A stretch of DNA of 64,000 bases, from assembly GCA_019828565.1 (NCBI GenBank), contig JAHDYR010000062.1, positions 669,666 through 733,665 on the forward strand, given 5' to 3'. The position numbers were made by a program, and so were the translations under genes. A model generated the notes under the pieces. It did not search any database, had not been told where the DNA came from, and worked only from the letters and a program-made list of their open reading frames with translations. The DNA is from Carpediemonas membranifera BICM. Taxonomy: Eukaryota; Protista; Fornicata. This document shows, in pieces, positions 43,824 to 55,200 of this stretch. How positions within the stretch are numbered: the first letter of the stretch is position 1; the number at the start of each line of letters is the position of its first letter.

Positions 43824-44903
43824 ATGCAGGGCCTCGGTGTGTAATACTGCCATCTAACTTACTCAGACAAGTACCAAGCTGGTGGTAAGATTCTGGATCA
43901 GGTTCTCGGCGCTCTTGTTGCGAGCGTCGTCCCTGGCACAAACATTGGCCTCATTTGCAAGCAAGCCGATGATATGCTGATGGATCTCCTCTCCAAGGTC
44001 TACGCCAAGGGCAAGACTAAGTGCGAGAAGGGCATTGCGTACCCCACTTGCATCTCAAAGAACAACTGCGTCGGCCACTACTCCCCCGACGAGGCTGCCA
44101 ACGAGCTCGTTGAGGACGGCGACGTTCTCAAGCTCGATTGCGCCGTGCAGATCGACGGCTACGTCTCCCATGGTGCCGTCACCGTCATTGCCCGCGACCA
44201 GGAGGAGCCTCTGACAGGCCCCATCGCTGACGCCGTCTCTGCCGCTCACTACTGCGGTGAGGCCATCGTTCGCATGCTCCGCCCTGGCACCAAGAACCAC
44301 GAGATCACTGAGGTCGTTGGCAAGATCTGCGACGCTTATGGTGTGAAGCCCGTTGACGGCGTCCTCTCACATGAGATGAAACGCTTCGTCATGCTCGGCG
44401 GAAACACCTGGGCCAACCGCGCTCACGCTGACGAGCGTATCGAGGAGTGCGAGCTCGAGGCCGAGCAGGTATACAACGTTGACATCCTCATCTCAACTGG
44501 TGAGGGTGTGCCAAAGGTTGACCCTGGCATCGAGGCGTCCGTCTTCCTTCGTAACATGGAGGAGACCAAGGACATGCGCGTGAAGTCAGCTCGCCAGGTT
44601 CTCGGCGAGATTGACCGCCGCTTCCCCACGTTTATGTTTGGCCCCCGTCTGCTCGAGCACGAGCAGTCTAAGTTCGGTCTGAAGCAGCTCGAGCGCGAGG
44701 GCATGGTCTACCCCTTCCCTCCTATGTTCTGCAAGCCCGAGGAGACTGTTGTGCAGGTCCGTTTCACTGCCGTCATCACTGGCTCCAACACTGTGCGTGT
44801 GAACAACGGATATACCCCCTATGTGTTCAGCGAGAAGGCTATCGAGGATCAGGATGTTCTCAACATCCTCAAGAGGTCGACAAAGCGCAAGGCTAAGAAG
44901 TAA
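43824..44903 (+). CDS. PA2G4: Proliferation-associated 2G4/EBP1 (M24 fold, 2 exons)
   Basis: KGIAYPTCISKNNCVGHYSP, QIDGY and PVDGVLSHEMKRF. Removing intron 43837-43866 gives MQGLDKYQAGGKI. Confidence 0.92.
43837..43866 (+). other. 30-nt spliceosomal intron with CTAAC branch point next to the acceptor
   Basis: GTGTGT...TCTAACTTACTCAG. Confidence 0.85.
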
Positions 44904-45323
44904 AGGTCGGTGAAGAAGTTGGTTTGGTTGAAAATGAAGAGAATGCTGCAACTGGGGTCGAAATACAAGTATGTAGAGTTTAGAACGATACCCGGAACAC
45001 CATGCACAATAGCTTCAGTCAGCGTCTTTACTCAACGATTAGAGCTCAGGAACAGGGTCATCATTGGGATCGGTGTAAACAGGATCGGGGCCTTTGTTGT
45101 TCTCCGGTATTCCAGTGCCGCCTGCGTTGCCCATTAGTGTGTAATCGTTTTTGTTGTTTGTTCTCCAGAAGATTATTCTCAATCCTGAAATCTCAGATCC
45201 GATTCTTTGAGATGGATGAATGATCGGTGTATTGCAACTGTGTGGGCTCTCACACGGCTCGGGCAATGGGAGGCAAGATGTGTCCGGCTCTGAACCTGAC
45301 AGTCTGCTAGTCTGCTAGTCCTT

Positions 45324-45410
45324 AAGAAAGAAAGAAATTTATGGCTTGGTAACAGTCAAGTCATTAGAGGCGGATGTCTCCTGTTATGAGATTGGCCCGT
45401 CTGGACGGCC
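45324..45410 (-). repeat. Diverged relative of the 3' end of the 11276-11494 element
   Basis: Shared ordered blocks GGCCGT, ATAAnnGGAGA, CTGnTACCAnGC and CATAAATTTCT, followed by a (TTTC)n tail. Confidence 0.5.
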
Positions 45411-45567
45411 AACGAGGGTTAAACTGCACACACCGTGGTGTCCAATTTACAGTTCAAGTCCGCCTCGTCTCCTGGGGAGAAGGGACTCACCTAATCAGCG
45501 CTACAAGAGAACTTTAATACTGGAAATTACTATATACATGACATTAACATGGTATCATCAGATTATA

Positions 45568-48500
45568 TCACCCTCTAAGCACATCCACGGGCACGGGTTT
45601 CCGCCGATAGTCGCGGGTCAGCCCACCCGACGCCGCATCCCTGACAGTCTCCAATAACTCAGGAGATATGCTAGATATATAAGATACGATCGCTTGGACC
45701 TGCTTGAGTCCAGGAGTCGCAGAATTCCCCATCATGAATTTGTTTCTCGATTCCCGAATCTGTTGCAGCACCTTAGTTGCTGACAAGGCAGGTTCGCCTG
45801 GAGTAAACATAGCGAGAGCTGTTCTGAATGCCGTGCGGCATCCAATGTCGAGCTGTCCGAGCAACTCCATGAACTCAGCGATGGTGCCGTGATCCAAAGC
45901 CAAGAGTTCATCCAGAGTAGAGCCTGCCTCGCTTACCGTCAAAGGGACGGGGTCGACCGGCTGCTTGGGTGGGGTGCGGCCTCTCGACATGCTGCTGTTG
46001 AGACCCAATGGCCCGACACGGTCCTTGGGCGGCGGCCGGTGGTCATGAGCCCTCCGGAGCATGGCAATCACTGAAGCGCGGTCAACAGTGGTCGGTGCCT
46101 TATTCTCCGGCACCTTAGGCTGCGACACGCGATACACGCGTTGGTTTGGGTCGACCGGCGGCTTGACGAAGTCGAATCTCCCTCTGATCTCGTGATGCCG
46201 CTTCGTAGGGAACAGTGGCGCCACTTCATTCGCGGCCTTGAACTCAGCCAGGCCCGCGGTCTCCGAGAGGTTCTGCATCACGGCCCGTGACTGGGTGAGC
46301 GAGAGGCCGTCCACAGTAGGAGTGTTCGCATGAACGTCGGCCGGTGCGGTGGCGTAGCTGTGCTTTGCCTTGTTCGCGACCCCGGCGCCCTGCTGTGCAG
46401 CTTTAGGCACCAGGCCCAGGGCAGGCGTCATGTCATTCAGCGAGAGTTGCCGTTGGTGCTGACCACTAGGCCCATCGGGCTGGGTCGGCGAGGAGTTGTA
46501 GCTGTTAGCTGTCTGCTCGAGCAGGTCATGGGCAGCCCGGGCTGCTGAAAGCTGCTGACCGATGCTGAGTAGGTCGTCGGCCGACCCAACGTCCTCAGGC
46601 TCATAGACGAGAACGGCAGACATCCTCGAGTCCGGCACGACGGAGATCGCGGAGGTCTTGGGCTTGTCGGACAACACGAAGCGGACGGGGTCCTTCTTCT
46701 TTCTCTGGACGTCCACGGGCTTGAGGACTGTCGGCCGCCGCTTGGGCGGCTTATGTTCTGGAATGGGCGGGGCGTGCTCAATCAGGGCGGGCTGGATGTC
46801 AGCGGACTTCGGCTTGTCGTTCTTGTCTGTCGCGAGCTTAGTGTCGGGGGTCTCGCTGATCGAGCTGACAGAGCGACTGTGGCTCTTGGGTTTCCGCTTG
46901 TGCTTGGGCTTTCGCTTGGGCGAGGGCGGGTTTGACGCCATCTCGTCGTACGATGCCAGCAGCGCCTCAAGAGACGTTGGCTCGTTTCCCTTGTCCGCCG
47001 GGAGCAGCTTCACACTGAGCACACTGCTGCGGCGTGACGTCTCAGCGCTACCCTGGGTCGAGGTGGGCGTCTCCCCCTCAGCTGTGACGGGCACTAGCTG
47101 CGGTCTGGAGACATCCTGGAGTGTTACGTCGGACTTAGTTGGAGGCATGTCGTCGTCGCCTGACCCGGGTGGACGGCCAATGGCTTCCACGGCGAGAAGA
47201 GCGGTCAGACGATCGGTCTCGAGTGAGTGGATCAAATCAACGCCGCGGGCTCGGCGGGCATCGTCTAAAAGTGCCATGAACTCTGGAATCCGACTCAGCC
47301 GCAACCTCTCCTTCTCAAGGAGCTCCTGACGGCACTGTTCATTCACTGTCGCGTTGATTTCCTCCAGATTCTGCAGGGCTTGGCGAAGTACGTACTGTCT
47401 ATACGTCCTGTCGTTGTCATCAAGAGTCACAGTCCGCGAGTCAGAGTCAGTCCATATCTCCGCCCGCCGTACAGCAGCAGTCTGACCGTCGAGCTGGTCT
47501 GTCGTCCTTGCTGGCGATGCCCGGCCGAATATTGACTTCTTCACGGCCCTGTCAACGGGTTTCCGCTTCTTGCGGCTCTTCAACCCGAGTCTGATTTGGT
47601 CGATCAGGTCTGCTGCTGTCCACTCCCCGTCTGACGAGTCGCCCTCACTCATGGAGGTCTCGAGTTCGTATTCGTCACTGTCCTCTTCATCTAGGACGTC
47701 TGCTGGGCGATCAGAGAGGTCATCGTCGCTAGATGACAGACCTGGCCCGTCTCTGGGCGTCTGCTGGGCTGTCCCAGGTTGGCTAGCCTCTGTTGCGGTG
47801 GCTGTCTTGACCACTTCCAGGTTCCTGGCGTGTACCTTGTGCTTATAGTGGTCTAGTATGCTGGCACGACGCCGGGCAGACCTCTTGGTTTTTCGACCGG
47901 TGAGGAGCGCCGCCTGCATGACTAGATTAGACGCAGGGCCGCCTAAAGGGAGGCTGAGCCTGGGCAGCTCCAGCATCGAGAAGTACTGATCAGTAGGACC
48001 TGCACTAACCTGCACTTTCCCCTTCCAGTGTGTTGCCGGGATGATGTACATGTCCCGCCTCCAGCATACGAGGATGTCGCCGTCCAAGTTAAGGAATGAG
48101 GCTGCTGTGAGGTCAGGACAGAGGTGGATGTCGATTAGTGGCTGAATGTTGTCAAATGCCAGGCCGTCATCGACTGGTGTGTCCCGCCGCACTGCCCAAA
48201 GCCTGATAGTACCGCCCCGACACGCACTGAGCACCAGACGCAGGGCGAGGTGGGAGTCAACCGCGATGACGGGTTCGGGATCGGTGAGTCGTGTCGACAC
48301 GAGGTGGAATGCCGAGCCTGTGTACGCATAGACGCTGACACCGCCGTCCTTGGCTCCTAGTATCACCTGGTCGTTGTATATTGTCATCATAGCAACTCCG
48401 CCGACTCTGGTACCGGTCGATCGCCCAGTCGGCAAAGACAGGGCGCACAGCATGCCGCCGCCCACAGCAATCACGGTGTTCATGCTAGACATGAAGCGGA

Positions 48501-50517
48501 CGAGGCTGACACGAGTGTCCTTGAGGTCTTCGCACCGCAGCGTCCTCACTGGTGACGTCAGGTCAATGTCACTGCTCAAATTCATCGCCGATTTCCGGTT
48601 TCGACCGGCTCTAGCGGCTTTCCGTGGCGCGGTAACGTTATAGGGAGCGAAGACATCGACTCCGCCTAGTGTGGTGCCCGCAAGAAGGAATGATTGACGA
48701 GTGTCGCTCGTAGTGCTGAATCTGGGCCTATCTGGAGCCTGTGGGGTGACAAATGTGGTCAGGATGTCACTCTCAACCACATGTGCGAAGTTCAGACATG
48801 TGTGGTCGATACTAGGGTCACAAACCGCCTCCTTGATATCAACGGTCGGTCCACCCAGCTTTCGCTTCGACCCCTGGTGCTGCACATCTGATACAGTCAC
48901 CTGAGTCGATATCAGTCGACCGTTCTCAGTGACAGCGAACAACACGGGGGCGGTGGGGTGGTGTGCCGTCCTGGCCAAGATTGGTGGGATGAGAACGTCA
49001 GCAAGGACGTCGCCTCGTTTGTTCAGGACCCGCACGACGTTATCCGAGGATAGGAAGAGGGTGAGGGGCTCTCCCTTGGACCCCGGCTCGTACGGGGAAG
49101 TCATGCACAGGGACCGACCGACGTTGACAGCCGCACATCGTATCTGTAGATTGAGGAACAGCGACAGACGGGGGCATATCGCGTCCACCCCGCCCTCAGT
49201 GGCCACAAGCACCACAGGCGGGGTGATTCTGTCGGTCACGTTGTCTCTATTCGCCGCTCTGTACCTGCCCGCCAGCCCCGCCCCCATGACGTCCACGGGG
49301 ATCAGGCCCAGCGCAGGTCCCTGCAGCGATATGCGGTAGAGGGGCTCCTTGGTGTGCAGGCACCATAGTCTGACGGTACAATCCTCACTAGCGGTGAGTA
49401 GGGCCATCGGAGCGGCTTCCTCGAGCGCCGACTGGGATGGTGCCGTGTTTCGCACGAGACAGGCGCCTATGATCGGTCTCTGGTGGCCCTCGAAGGTGTG
49501 CTGCAGTACGCCGCTGTCAAACCAGACCTTAGCGGTGCCATCAGTTGATGTGGTGATTACGGTGCTGTTCGTAGGGTTCCTGACCACAGACGTGATGCGG
49601 TTGACGTGACAGTCTTCCATAACACACGATACATCCCAGCTCCAGCCGTCTAGGTGAAGTCGGAAGGAAAGAACATGAGTGTCGCATGCAATCACGAGGA
49701 GGTCACCAGCATCTGGCTTGTCCAGGGTGTAGTCTAGCACACTGGCCCATCCCCACTTGTTCGTCGGGATCTGGAAGCGTAGGGTCGACTGGGGGACGAC
49801 GGAGGTCAGCAGAGGGAGGCCACGAAGCATAGAGTCTGTGAGACTGCGGGGATGGTCGTCCAGAATGTCCTTGATCACAACAGGGATGTAGATCTCCTCC
49901 TCTGGGGGCACTGCCTTGTACACATAGAGAGGATCGGGCGGTATATGCCATATCGTAACACCGTCAACGCCTGCGAGCAGGAGGAACTGGCGTTCTGGGA
50001 TCCATCGGATTGCTAGAATGGACCGCATCTGGCCGTCTAGCTCTAGTACTGGCCGGTAGAAGTCTGTATCGAAGAAGATGACCTGCAGTGTGTGTGTTAC
50101 TGCCCAATAACCATGGTGCGTGCTGTCGTAGCACATGTGGCTGATGTACTTGCGGCCTACAGCGAAGGAAAGGATGCGCTTTTCTACTGCAGGCTTGCGA
50201 TCGATGTACTTGATGACGCCTTTCTCGTCTAGAATAGTGAATTGGGAGAGCTCGGGATGGTACGACGCGATGAGGCGCAGTCGGAATAGATTAGATGGTT
50301 GAAATCTGTTAAGAAGGCTTAAGCCCGGTGTGAGGGGCTGTATGCCATTCATCGTTGCTGTTGGAGTATAAGAGCAGAAAACTCGCGGTTTCGTCCTTAA
50401 AGTGCTCGATAAGGCACAGAGCGGCGCAGGGACACAATACTGCTGCAACTGAGTCATGCCATGTGGTATGTCTCGATTGGCGGCCATAACCCAGTTTCGA
50501 ATGTCCCGAACAGTCAA
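45568..50517 (-). CDS. Large WD40-repeat protein (WDR87/WDR97-like) with disordered C-terminus
   Basis: CHVNRITS..TTSTDGTAKVW and GHQRPI..TASEDCTVRLW. Start uncertain. Confidence 0.75.
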   Translation of the reverse strand: MTVRDIRNWVMAANRDIPHGMTQLQQYCVPAPLCALSSTLRTKPRVFCSYTPTATMNGIQPLTPGLSLLNRFQPSNLFRLRLIASYHPELSQFTILDEKGVIKYIDRKPAVEKRILSFAVGRKYISHMCYDSTHHGYWAVTHTLQVIFFDTDFYRPVLELDGQMRSILAIRWIPERQFLLLAGVDGVTIWHIPPDPLYVYKAVPPEEEIYIPVVIKDILDDHPRSLTDSMLRGLPLLTSVVPQSTLRFQIPTNKWGWASVLDYTLDKPDAGDLLVIACDTHVLSFRLHLDGWSWDVSCVMEDCHVNRITSVVRNPTNSTVITTSTDGTAKVWFDSGVLQHTFEGHQRPIIGACLVRNTAPSQSALEEAAPMALLTASEDCTVRLWCLHTKEPLYRISLQGPALGLIPVDVMGAGLAGRYRAANRDNVTDRITPPVVLVATEGGVDAICPRLSLFLNLQIRCAAVNVGRSLCMTSPYEPGSKGEPLTLFLSSDNVVRVLNKRGDVLADVLIPPILARTAHHPTAPVLFAVTENGRLISTQVTVSDVQHQGSKRKLGGPTVDIKEAVCDPSIDHTCLNFAHVVESDILTTFVTPQAPDRPRFSTTSDTRQSFLLAGTTLGGVDVFAPYNVTAPRKAARAGRNRKSAMNLSSDIDLTSPVRTLRCEDLKDTRVSLVRFMSSMNTVIAVGGGMLCALSLPTGRSTGTRVGGVAMMTIYNDQVILGAKDGGVSVYAYTGSAFHLVSTRLTDPEPVIAVDSHLALRLVLSACRGGTIRLWAVRRDTPVDDGLAFDNIQPLIDIHLCPDLTAASFLNLDGDILVCWRRDMYIIPATHWKGKVQVSAGPTDQYFSMLELPRLSLPLGGPASNLVMQAALLTGRKTKRSARRRASILDHYKHKVHARNLEVVKTATATEASQPGTAQQTPRDGPGLSSSDDDLSDRPADVLDEEDSDEYELETSMSEGDSSDGEWTAADLIDQIRLGLKSRKKRKPVDRAVKKSIFGRASPARTTDQLDGQTAAVRRAEIWTDSDSRTVTLDDNDRTYRQYVLRQALQNLEEINATVNEQCRQELLEKERLRLSRIPEFMALLDDARRARGVDLIHSLETDRLTALLAVEAIGRPPGSGDDDMPPTKSDVTLQDVSRPQLVPVTAEGETPTSTQGSAETSRRSSVLSVKLLPADKGNEPTSLEALLASYDEMASNPPSPKRKPKHKRKPKSHSRSVSSISETPDTKLATDKNDKPKSADIQPALIEHAPPIPEHKPPKRRPTVLKPVDVQRKKKDPVRFVLSDKPKTSAISVVPDSRMSAVLVYEPEDVGSADDLLSIGQQLSAARAAHDLLEQTANSYNSSPTQPDGPSGQHQRQLSLNDMTPALGLVPKAAQQGAGVANKAKHSYATAPADVHANTPTVDGLSLTQSRAVMQNLSETAGLAEFKAANEVAPLFPTKRHHEIRGRFDFVKPPVDPNQRVYRVSQPKVPENKAPTTVDRASVIAMLRRAHDHRPPPKDRVGPLGLNSSMSRGRTPPKQPVDPVPLTVSEAGSTLDELLALDHGTIAEFMELLGQLDIGCRTAFRTALAMFTPGEPALSATKVLQQIRESRNKFMMGNSATPGLKQVQAIVSYISSISPELLETVRDAASGGLTRDYRRKPVPVDVLRG

Positions 50518-50674
50518 TCAGAATTATCGAAACTTGCCTGCGAAATGACGACTTCCTTACTGAAGTCGAAAAATAGAAGTCGGCTGCAGCAAGTCTAGAC
50601 CGGATCCTAAGCACTTTCAGTCTTGCCTTCTCCGGGGGCTGCAGACTTCGCAGTTTTGTTCGCAGGCATTCCGT

Positions 50675-50950
50675 ATGATGACTGATACCAAAGCTCCTGA
50701 GCTTCTTTCCCTTAAAAAAGCGTACCTCTTCTGGCTCCTAGGCTTTATTGGCCTGAACGGCATGCAGCGCTTCTACTGCCGTCAACGACTCGCTGGATTC
50801 ATCCTCCTCCTCACGTTCGGACTCTTCGGCGTCGGACAGCTCCTTGACGGCATCACGCTGGCCTTCACTGTCGACAAGGCGAATGTTCCTCTTGAACGTA
50901 AGCCTTTCTGCATGCCCAAGACTTCACATGTCGGCGAGAACGCCGTATAA
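50675..50950 (+). CDS. TM2-domain protein
   Basis: AYLFWLLGFIGLNGMQRFY..LLTFGLFGVGQLLD. Confidence 0.85.
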   Translation: MMTDTKAPELLSLKKAYLFWLLGFIGLNGMQRFYCRQRLAGFILLLTFGLFGVGQLLDGITLAFTVDKANVPLERKPFCMPKTSHVGENAV

Positions 50951-51129
50951 CCGGACAATCCTATCGACACCACTCGGGGGTTCGCGCAGCTGTACATCAT
51001 GATAAATCTCTCGAGTTATAGACTATGACTGGCTGATGAACCAGCCGCCGAGTTGCAAGGGCCAGAATCAATACAGATGCGGCAAAGGTGACGTTCGCAT
51101 GTCAGAGCATTAGCTAACCACGTGAATGC

Positions 51130-52113
51130 TTGCTGCTTCCCCGACAAGTGCTCTGCTGTGGGCATACTTGCCGGGCACGGCATTTCGCAGGATACTCCTC
51201 CACCTACGACGGGATTCCAATACTTGGGATGGTTTCGCTTTTCAGCAAGGATGCTGTCATGATCTGGATCCCCATATTGCTTCTTATCTTATTCCGTGTC
51301 GCTATCAAACATCACATGCGCAAGTCGCGTGATGCGCAGATGATCATATGGAACGATCACGTGACGCCCACAACCGGCCCCACAGAGCTTCCCCGCATTT
51401 CAGGGATCTGGGAAGTCGTCGGCCCAGTCAGCAACCACAACAAAATGCCCCGCCGTATGACCATCTATCGCTTGCCCGGCACTGAGACTCCGGAGCTGCT
51501 TATCCACAGCTGCATCGCCTGCAACGAGGAGACGATGGCTAAGATCCAAGCTCTCGGCAAGCCCAAGATCCTTGTCATCCCCAACCGATTCCACACCCTC
51601 GACGCTGGCGTCTGGATCCAACGGTTCCCCGATATGGCGATCGTATGTCCAGAGTCTGCCAAGCTCAAGCTCGCAAGGAAGAACATTGAGCCTACCCATC
51701 CAATGGAGGAGCATCTGGCAAGCTATGGGATCAGTTGTCTCACAGTTGGCGTTACTAACGACCGCCCGATGGAGTATATCCTCTCACTCCCGGTGTTCGG
51801 CACCGATGATAACGTTCTCGTGTGCAGTGACACCTGGTTCAACATCGTCGAGCCCTTCCCTGGCTTTGGCTACAAGGTGATGTCATTCCTCGGATCGATT
51901 GGCCCATTTAAGATCACAAAGATGGGCACGCTGTTTATCAAGGATTGGGAAAGATATGCTGATGATCTTGAGTCAATCAAGACCACTGAGAACGTTGTCG
52001 GGATCCTTGTCGGTCACGGTGCAGCCATTGCTGGGTATGCCGACTCCAACAAGGCGCTCCTGTCGGTGCTGTCGTTCGCACGGAGTAAGGCCGAGAAGAA
52101 GAAGGACGAGTAA
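51130..52113 (+). CDS. DUF4336-like metallo-beta-lactamase-fold protein with N-terminal TM
   Basis: RMTIYRL..LLIHS..LGKPKILVIPNRFH, CSDTWFN and VGHG. The start may be a later Met (MVSLFSK). Confidence 0.7.
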   Translation: MLLPRQVLCCGHTCRARHFAGYSSTYDGIPILGMVSLFSKDAVMIWIPILLLILFRVAIKHHMRKSRDAQMIIWNDHVTPTTGPTELPRISGIWEVVGPVSNHNKMPRRMTIYRLPGTETPELLIHSCIACNEETMAKIQALGKPKILVIPNRFHTLDAGVWIQRFPDMAIVCPESAKLKLARKNIEPTHPMEEHLASYGISCLTVGVTNDRPMEYILSLPVFGTDDNVLVCSDTWFNIVEPFPGFGYKVMSFLGSIGPFKITKMGTLFIKDWERYADDLESIKTTENVVGILVGHGAAIAGYADSNKALLSVLSFARSKAEKKKDE

Positions 52114-52248
52114 AGCGGCTGCAGTATGTGTGACGAGGTGTCGTCCCAAGGAAAGATGAAGTGCCGATGCGATCAGTCAATCAATGGCGCACTGCTCCAT
52201 GTAAACCGCTTTATCAGTTATGGAGAGATGGTATGATAAATATGTAAA

Positions 52249-55200
52249 TCAGTCAACCCTAGGCGTCAGCGGGCTCACAGGCCGCCTCGCCTCGGTGGTT
52301 AAATGCTCAGCAATCGTCGCCGATGCCCCAATGCGGGGGAGCAACTTCTTCCGTCGCGTCATAAACGCATCAAGCAGCCGCTGTGTCTGCTCGTCGTGCT
52401 TCCATCGAGGCCTATACCCTCTATTCTGTCTGAGCACCGCCAGGCGGGGGTTGTTGCCAATACCATAGCCCTCAGCTGGAGCAGAGTCGGGAATGGTCGG
52501 CTGCTTTCCTGGTAGGGCCACGGGCTCAAGCACAGCTCCGGACGGTGGCTTCTGGGGGGTGCGATACCAAGTCTGGCCCGGCACGCGAGAACCGACCACA
52601 CGCTGAGGCGGAGAGGTGTCTTCAATCTCGGGTGGCGGGAGGACGGTCGCTGCCGCGGGAGACCTAGCGTATGCGATGGACCGGCGCCGTTCAGAGAGGT
52701 CTGCGGCGGGCAGACCGACGGTAGAGGCGGGTACCGGTTGGGGTGGGACGAACGTAGCGCGACGGAGCACGCGTTGGGGCAGCGGAGCCGTCTGGGTTGG
52801 CCTGACGAGGCTGAGCTGATAGCCCACCTCATCAACAATCCCGCCCATCGCCTCGAGGGAGCGGGCGTAGTTGGCCTCCCGCTCCTGCAGCAGCATCTGT
52901 CGCTTGGATTCCCAGTTGTGCAGGGCCGCGCGGTGGCGCTGCTCCATGCGTTGGAGGGCCTGCGAGACCTTGTCCATGCCCTTGCGCTGGGCTGCCAGTC
53001 GCTGCTTGACGGTGGCGGCTATATTGGCCTGCTCAGCGCTCCGTCCGGCATCGGCGACGTCAAGCAGTCGCTGCAGCTCGAAATCTCGCTGGGACAGCTC
53101 GTTCTGGAGCCTCGTGGCCGCTGCCTGGGCGTCTGCCCCCATCCGTCGGGCACGATGCAGGTCGGTCTGGAGCTTGGTGATCTCAACCTTCGCAGCCTCG
53201 AGCTCGCGGGCAGAGACAGCGACCACAGCCTTCAGCCTGTCCGCGTCGTCACAGGGCGCGTTCTCGGCCTGTGCGGCGACCGTCCCGGCCTTTTGCTGGA
53301 GTCCTTTTCGGATCATATCGACGTTTGGTTGGATCTCCCTGAGCGCGTCGATCTGTGTGTCGCACACCTTGACCAGTTCTCTCCTGCACAGGCTCTCGAT
53401 GTGAGAGACGATCGGGGCCTTGGTGATCTTATCCTCGGTTGGTATTACGAGGGCCGACAGCTTCGACAGCCTCATTGCCGTGTTCTCGGCTGACTTGAGC
53501 GAAGTTTGCACCGCCTGCAGCTGGGCAGCCGCGGTCGGGCCCGCCATGGGACTGTCGCTGTTCGCATATCGGGCCAGGTGTGACGTCAGGCTCCGGGTGA
53601 CGCTGCCGAGAGAGGCACGCATGGAGGCGACGATGTCGTTGTGCCTCATGAGTGCGGCGTCGATCAGCGCCTCGGTGGCGTCGTCGATCTCGTTGGGGAA
53701 TACAGGCGTGGGTGGCTTGGGGGGCACAGTTTGAGTCGAAACTGACTCAATGACCCTGGTTCGGGTCTGAGTGAAGGCGTTCTCGAGCTTGCTGGGCATA
53801 GCACCGTTGTCTGAGAGGAAGACGAGCCGCTCATGGCCCGACTCGGCTGCTTGCTGGGGGGCGCCGGCAGCTAGACGGGATGCCTCGAGTTTGGCCTCGA
53901 GCAGCCTGATCTTGGCCGCCTTTTGCTTGATTGCGGTGTCTCTTTCAGCCAGCTTCCGTCGGAGTCCCTCCTGAAGTGCGGCAAGAGGCTTGCTCCCCTG
54001 CGACTGCTCTTGAGTCAGCGCTTGGAGCTCGCGCATGTGCTCTGCATCGAGATCCACCATCTGCTGCCGAAGATCCTCAACCTCCGACCTGAGCGAACGC
54101 CGCTCAGCCTCGAAGTCGGCATCTCCCTTCGCAGCCAGCCTCGCCTGCTCCAGAGCTTCGTGTGTATCCGCCAACTCGACTTCACTCGAGTCGAGTCGAG
54201 TTCGGAGTCGCTCGTTGTCCTGGTGTACCTTGAGCAGCTCAGTTCGAGCCTCAGTCAGGCTCTGGTGAAGTGTGGTAAGTCGCTCAGTGGTGTCAGATGC
54301 TGGTCCGAGAAGCATGGCGGAGTCAGCCTTGAGCTCGAGCTCGACGATGGTAGCCTTAGCCTTCTCAAGCGCCCTTTCCCTTGCCTCAAGAGAGGCGATC
54401 TTCATCTGGACGAGCTCGTGGAGCTGACCGTTCTCGGCCAACAACATGTCAAAGTCTGCCTGTGACACGGCATGGAGAGAGGGGGGCAGGTCTGTGTCGA
54501 CCGCAACAGTAGCAGCCACAGTCGTCATGTCGCGTGCTGCGGTGCCATCAGTCGGTGTCGTCGTCTGCACTGACCCTTCCCTTGCACTGCGAGTAGTCCC
54601 CGCCGCACTGTCGGACACGAGCACAGGTGCTGCGGGCGACTCCCTGATGGGCAGCGTGGGCATCCAGGGATTGGTCTGTGTGCTGGCCTGGGTCACTGAA
54701 ACCACCATACGGGCGCTGCGAGGGGTCTTACGGGTGGTCTTGGGCTGTGGCTGGGTGGGCGCAGTGACAGGGACCTCGGGGATGTCCATGTGCTCAGGGT
54801 GCTCCTCAGGCTCGGAGTCAGATTGCTCATGGGGTGAAACCGGCTTGCTCCCTGACCTCTGGGGTGTTGGCTGCCGCTCATCGCCAGACTCTGAACCCCG
54901 TGACCTGCTTGGGCGATCAGGGGTGAATCCTCGGTGGCTGTGGCGCGAGGACTTGACCCTCGTGACCTGGCCTGAAACGACGTTGAGTATCTCCGCATCA
55001 TCCGAATTCGGGACCAATCTGGGCGATAGGCTGGTGTTGTTCTCAAGTACAGTGAGAAGATGTCCGCTGTGTGGCGTGTTGGCCTCCCCCAGCTCGCTCT
55101 CGAGCTCTGCGTTGAGGTGTTCCATACGCATCACGTCGATGACCCCCTTAAGGTGCTCGATCTCTGCCTCAAGCTCGCGCTCCCTGTTTCTGTCATGAAC

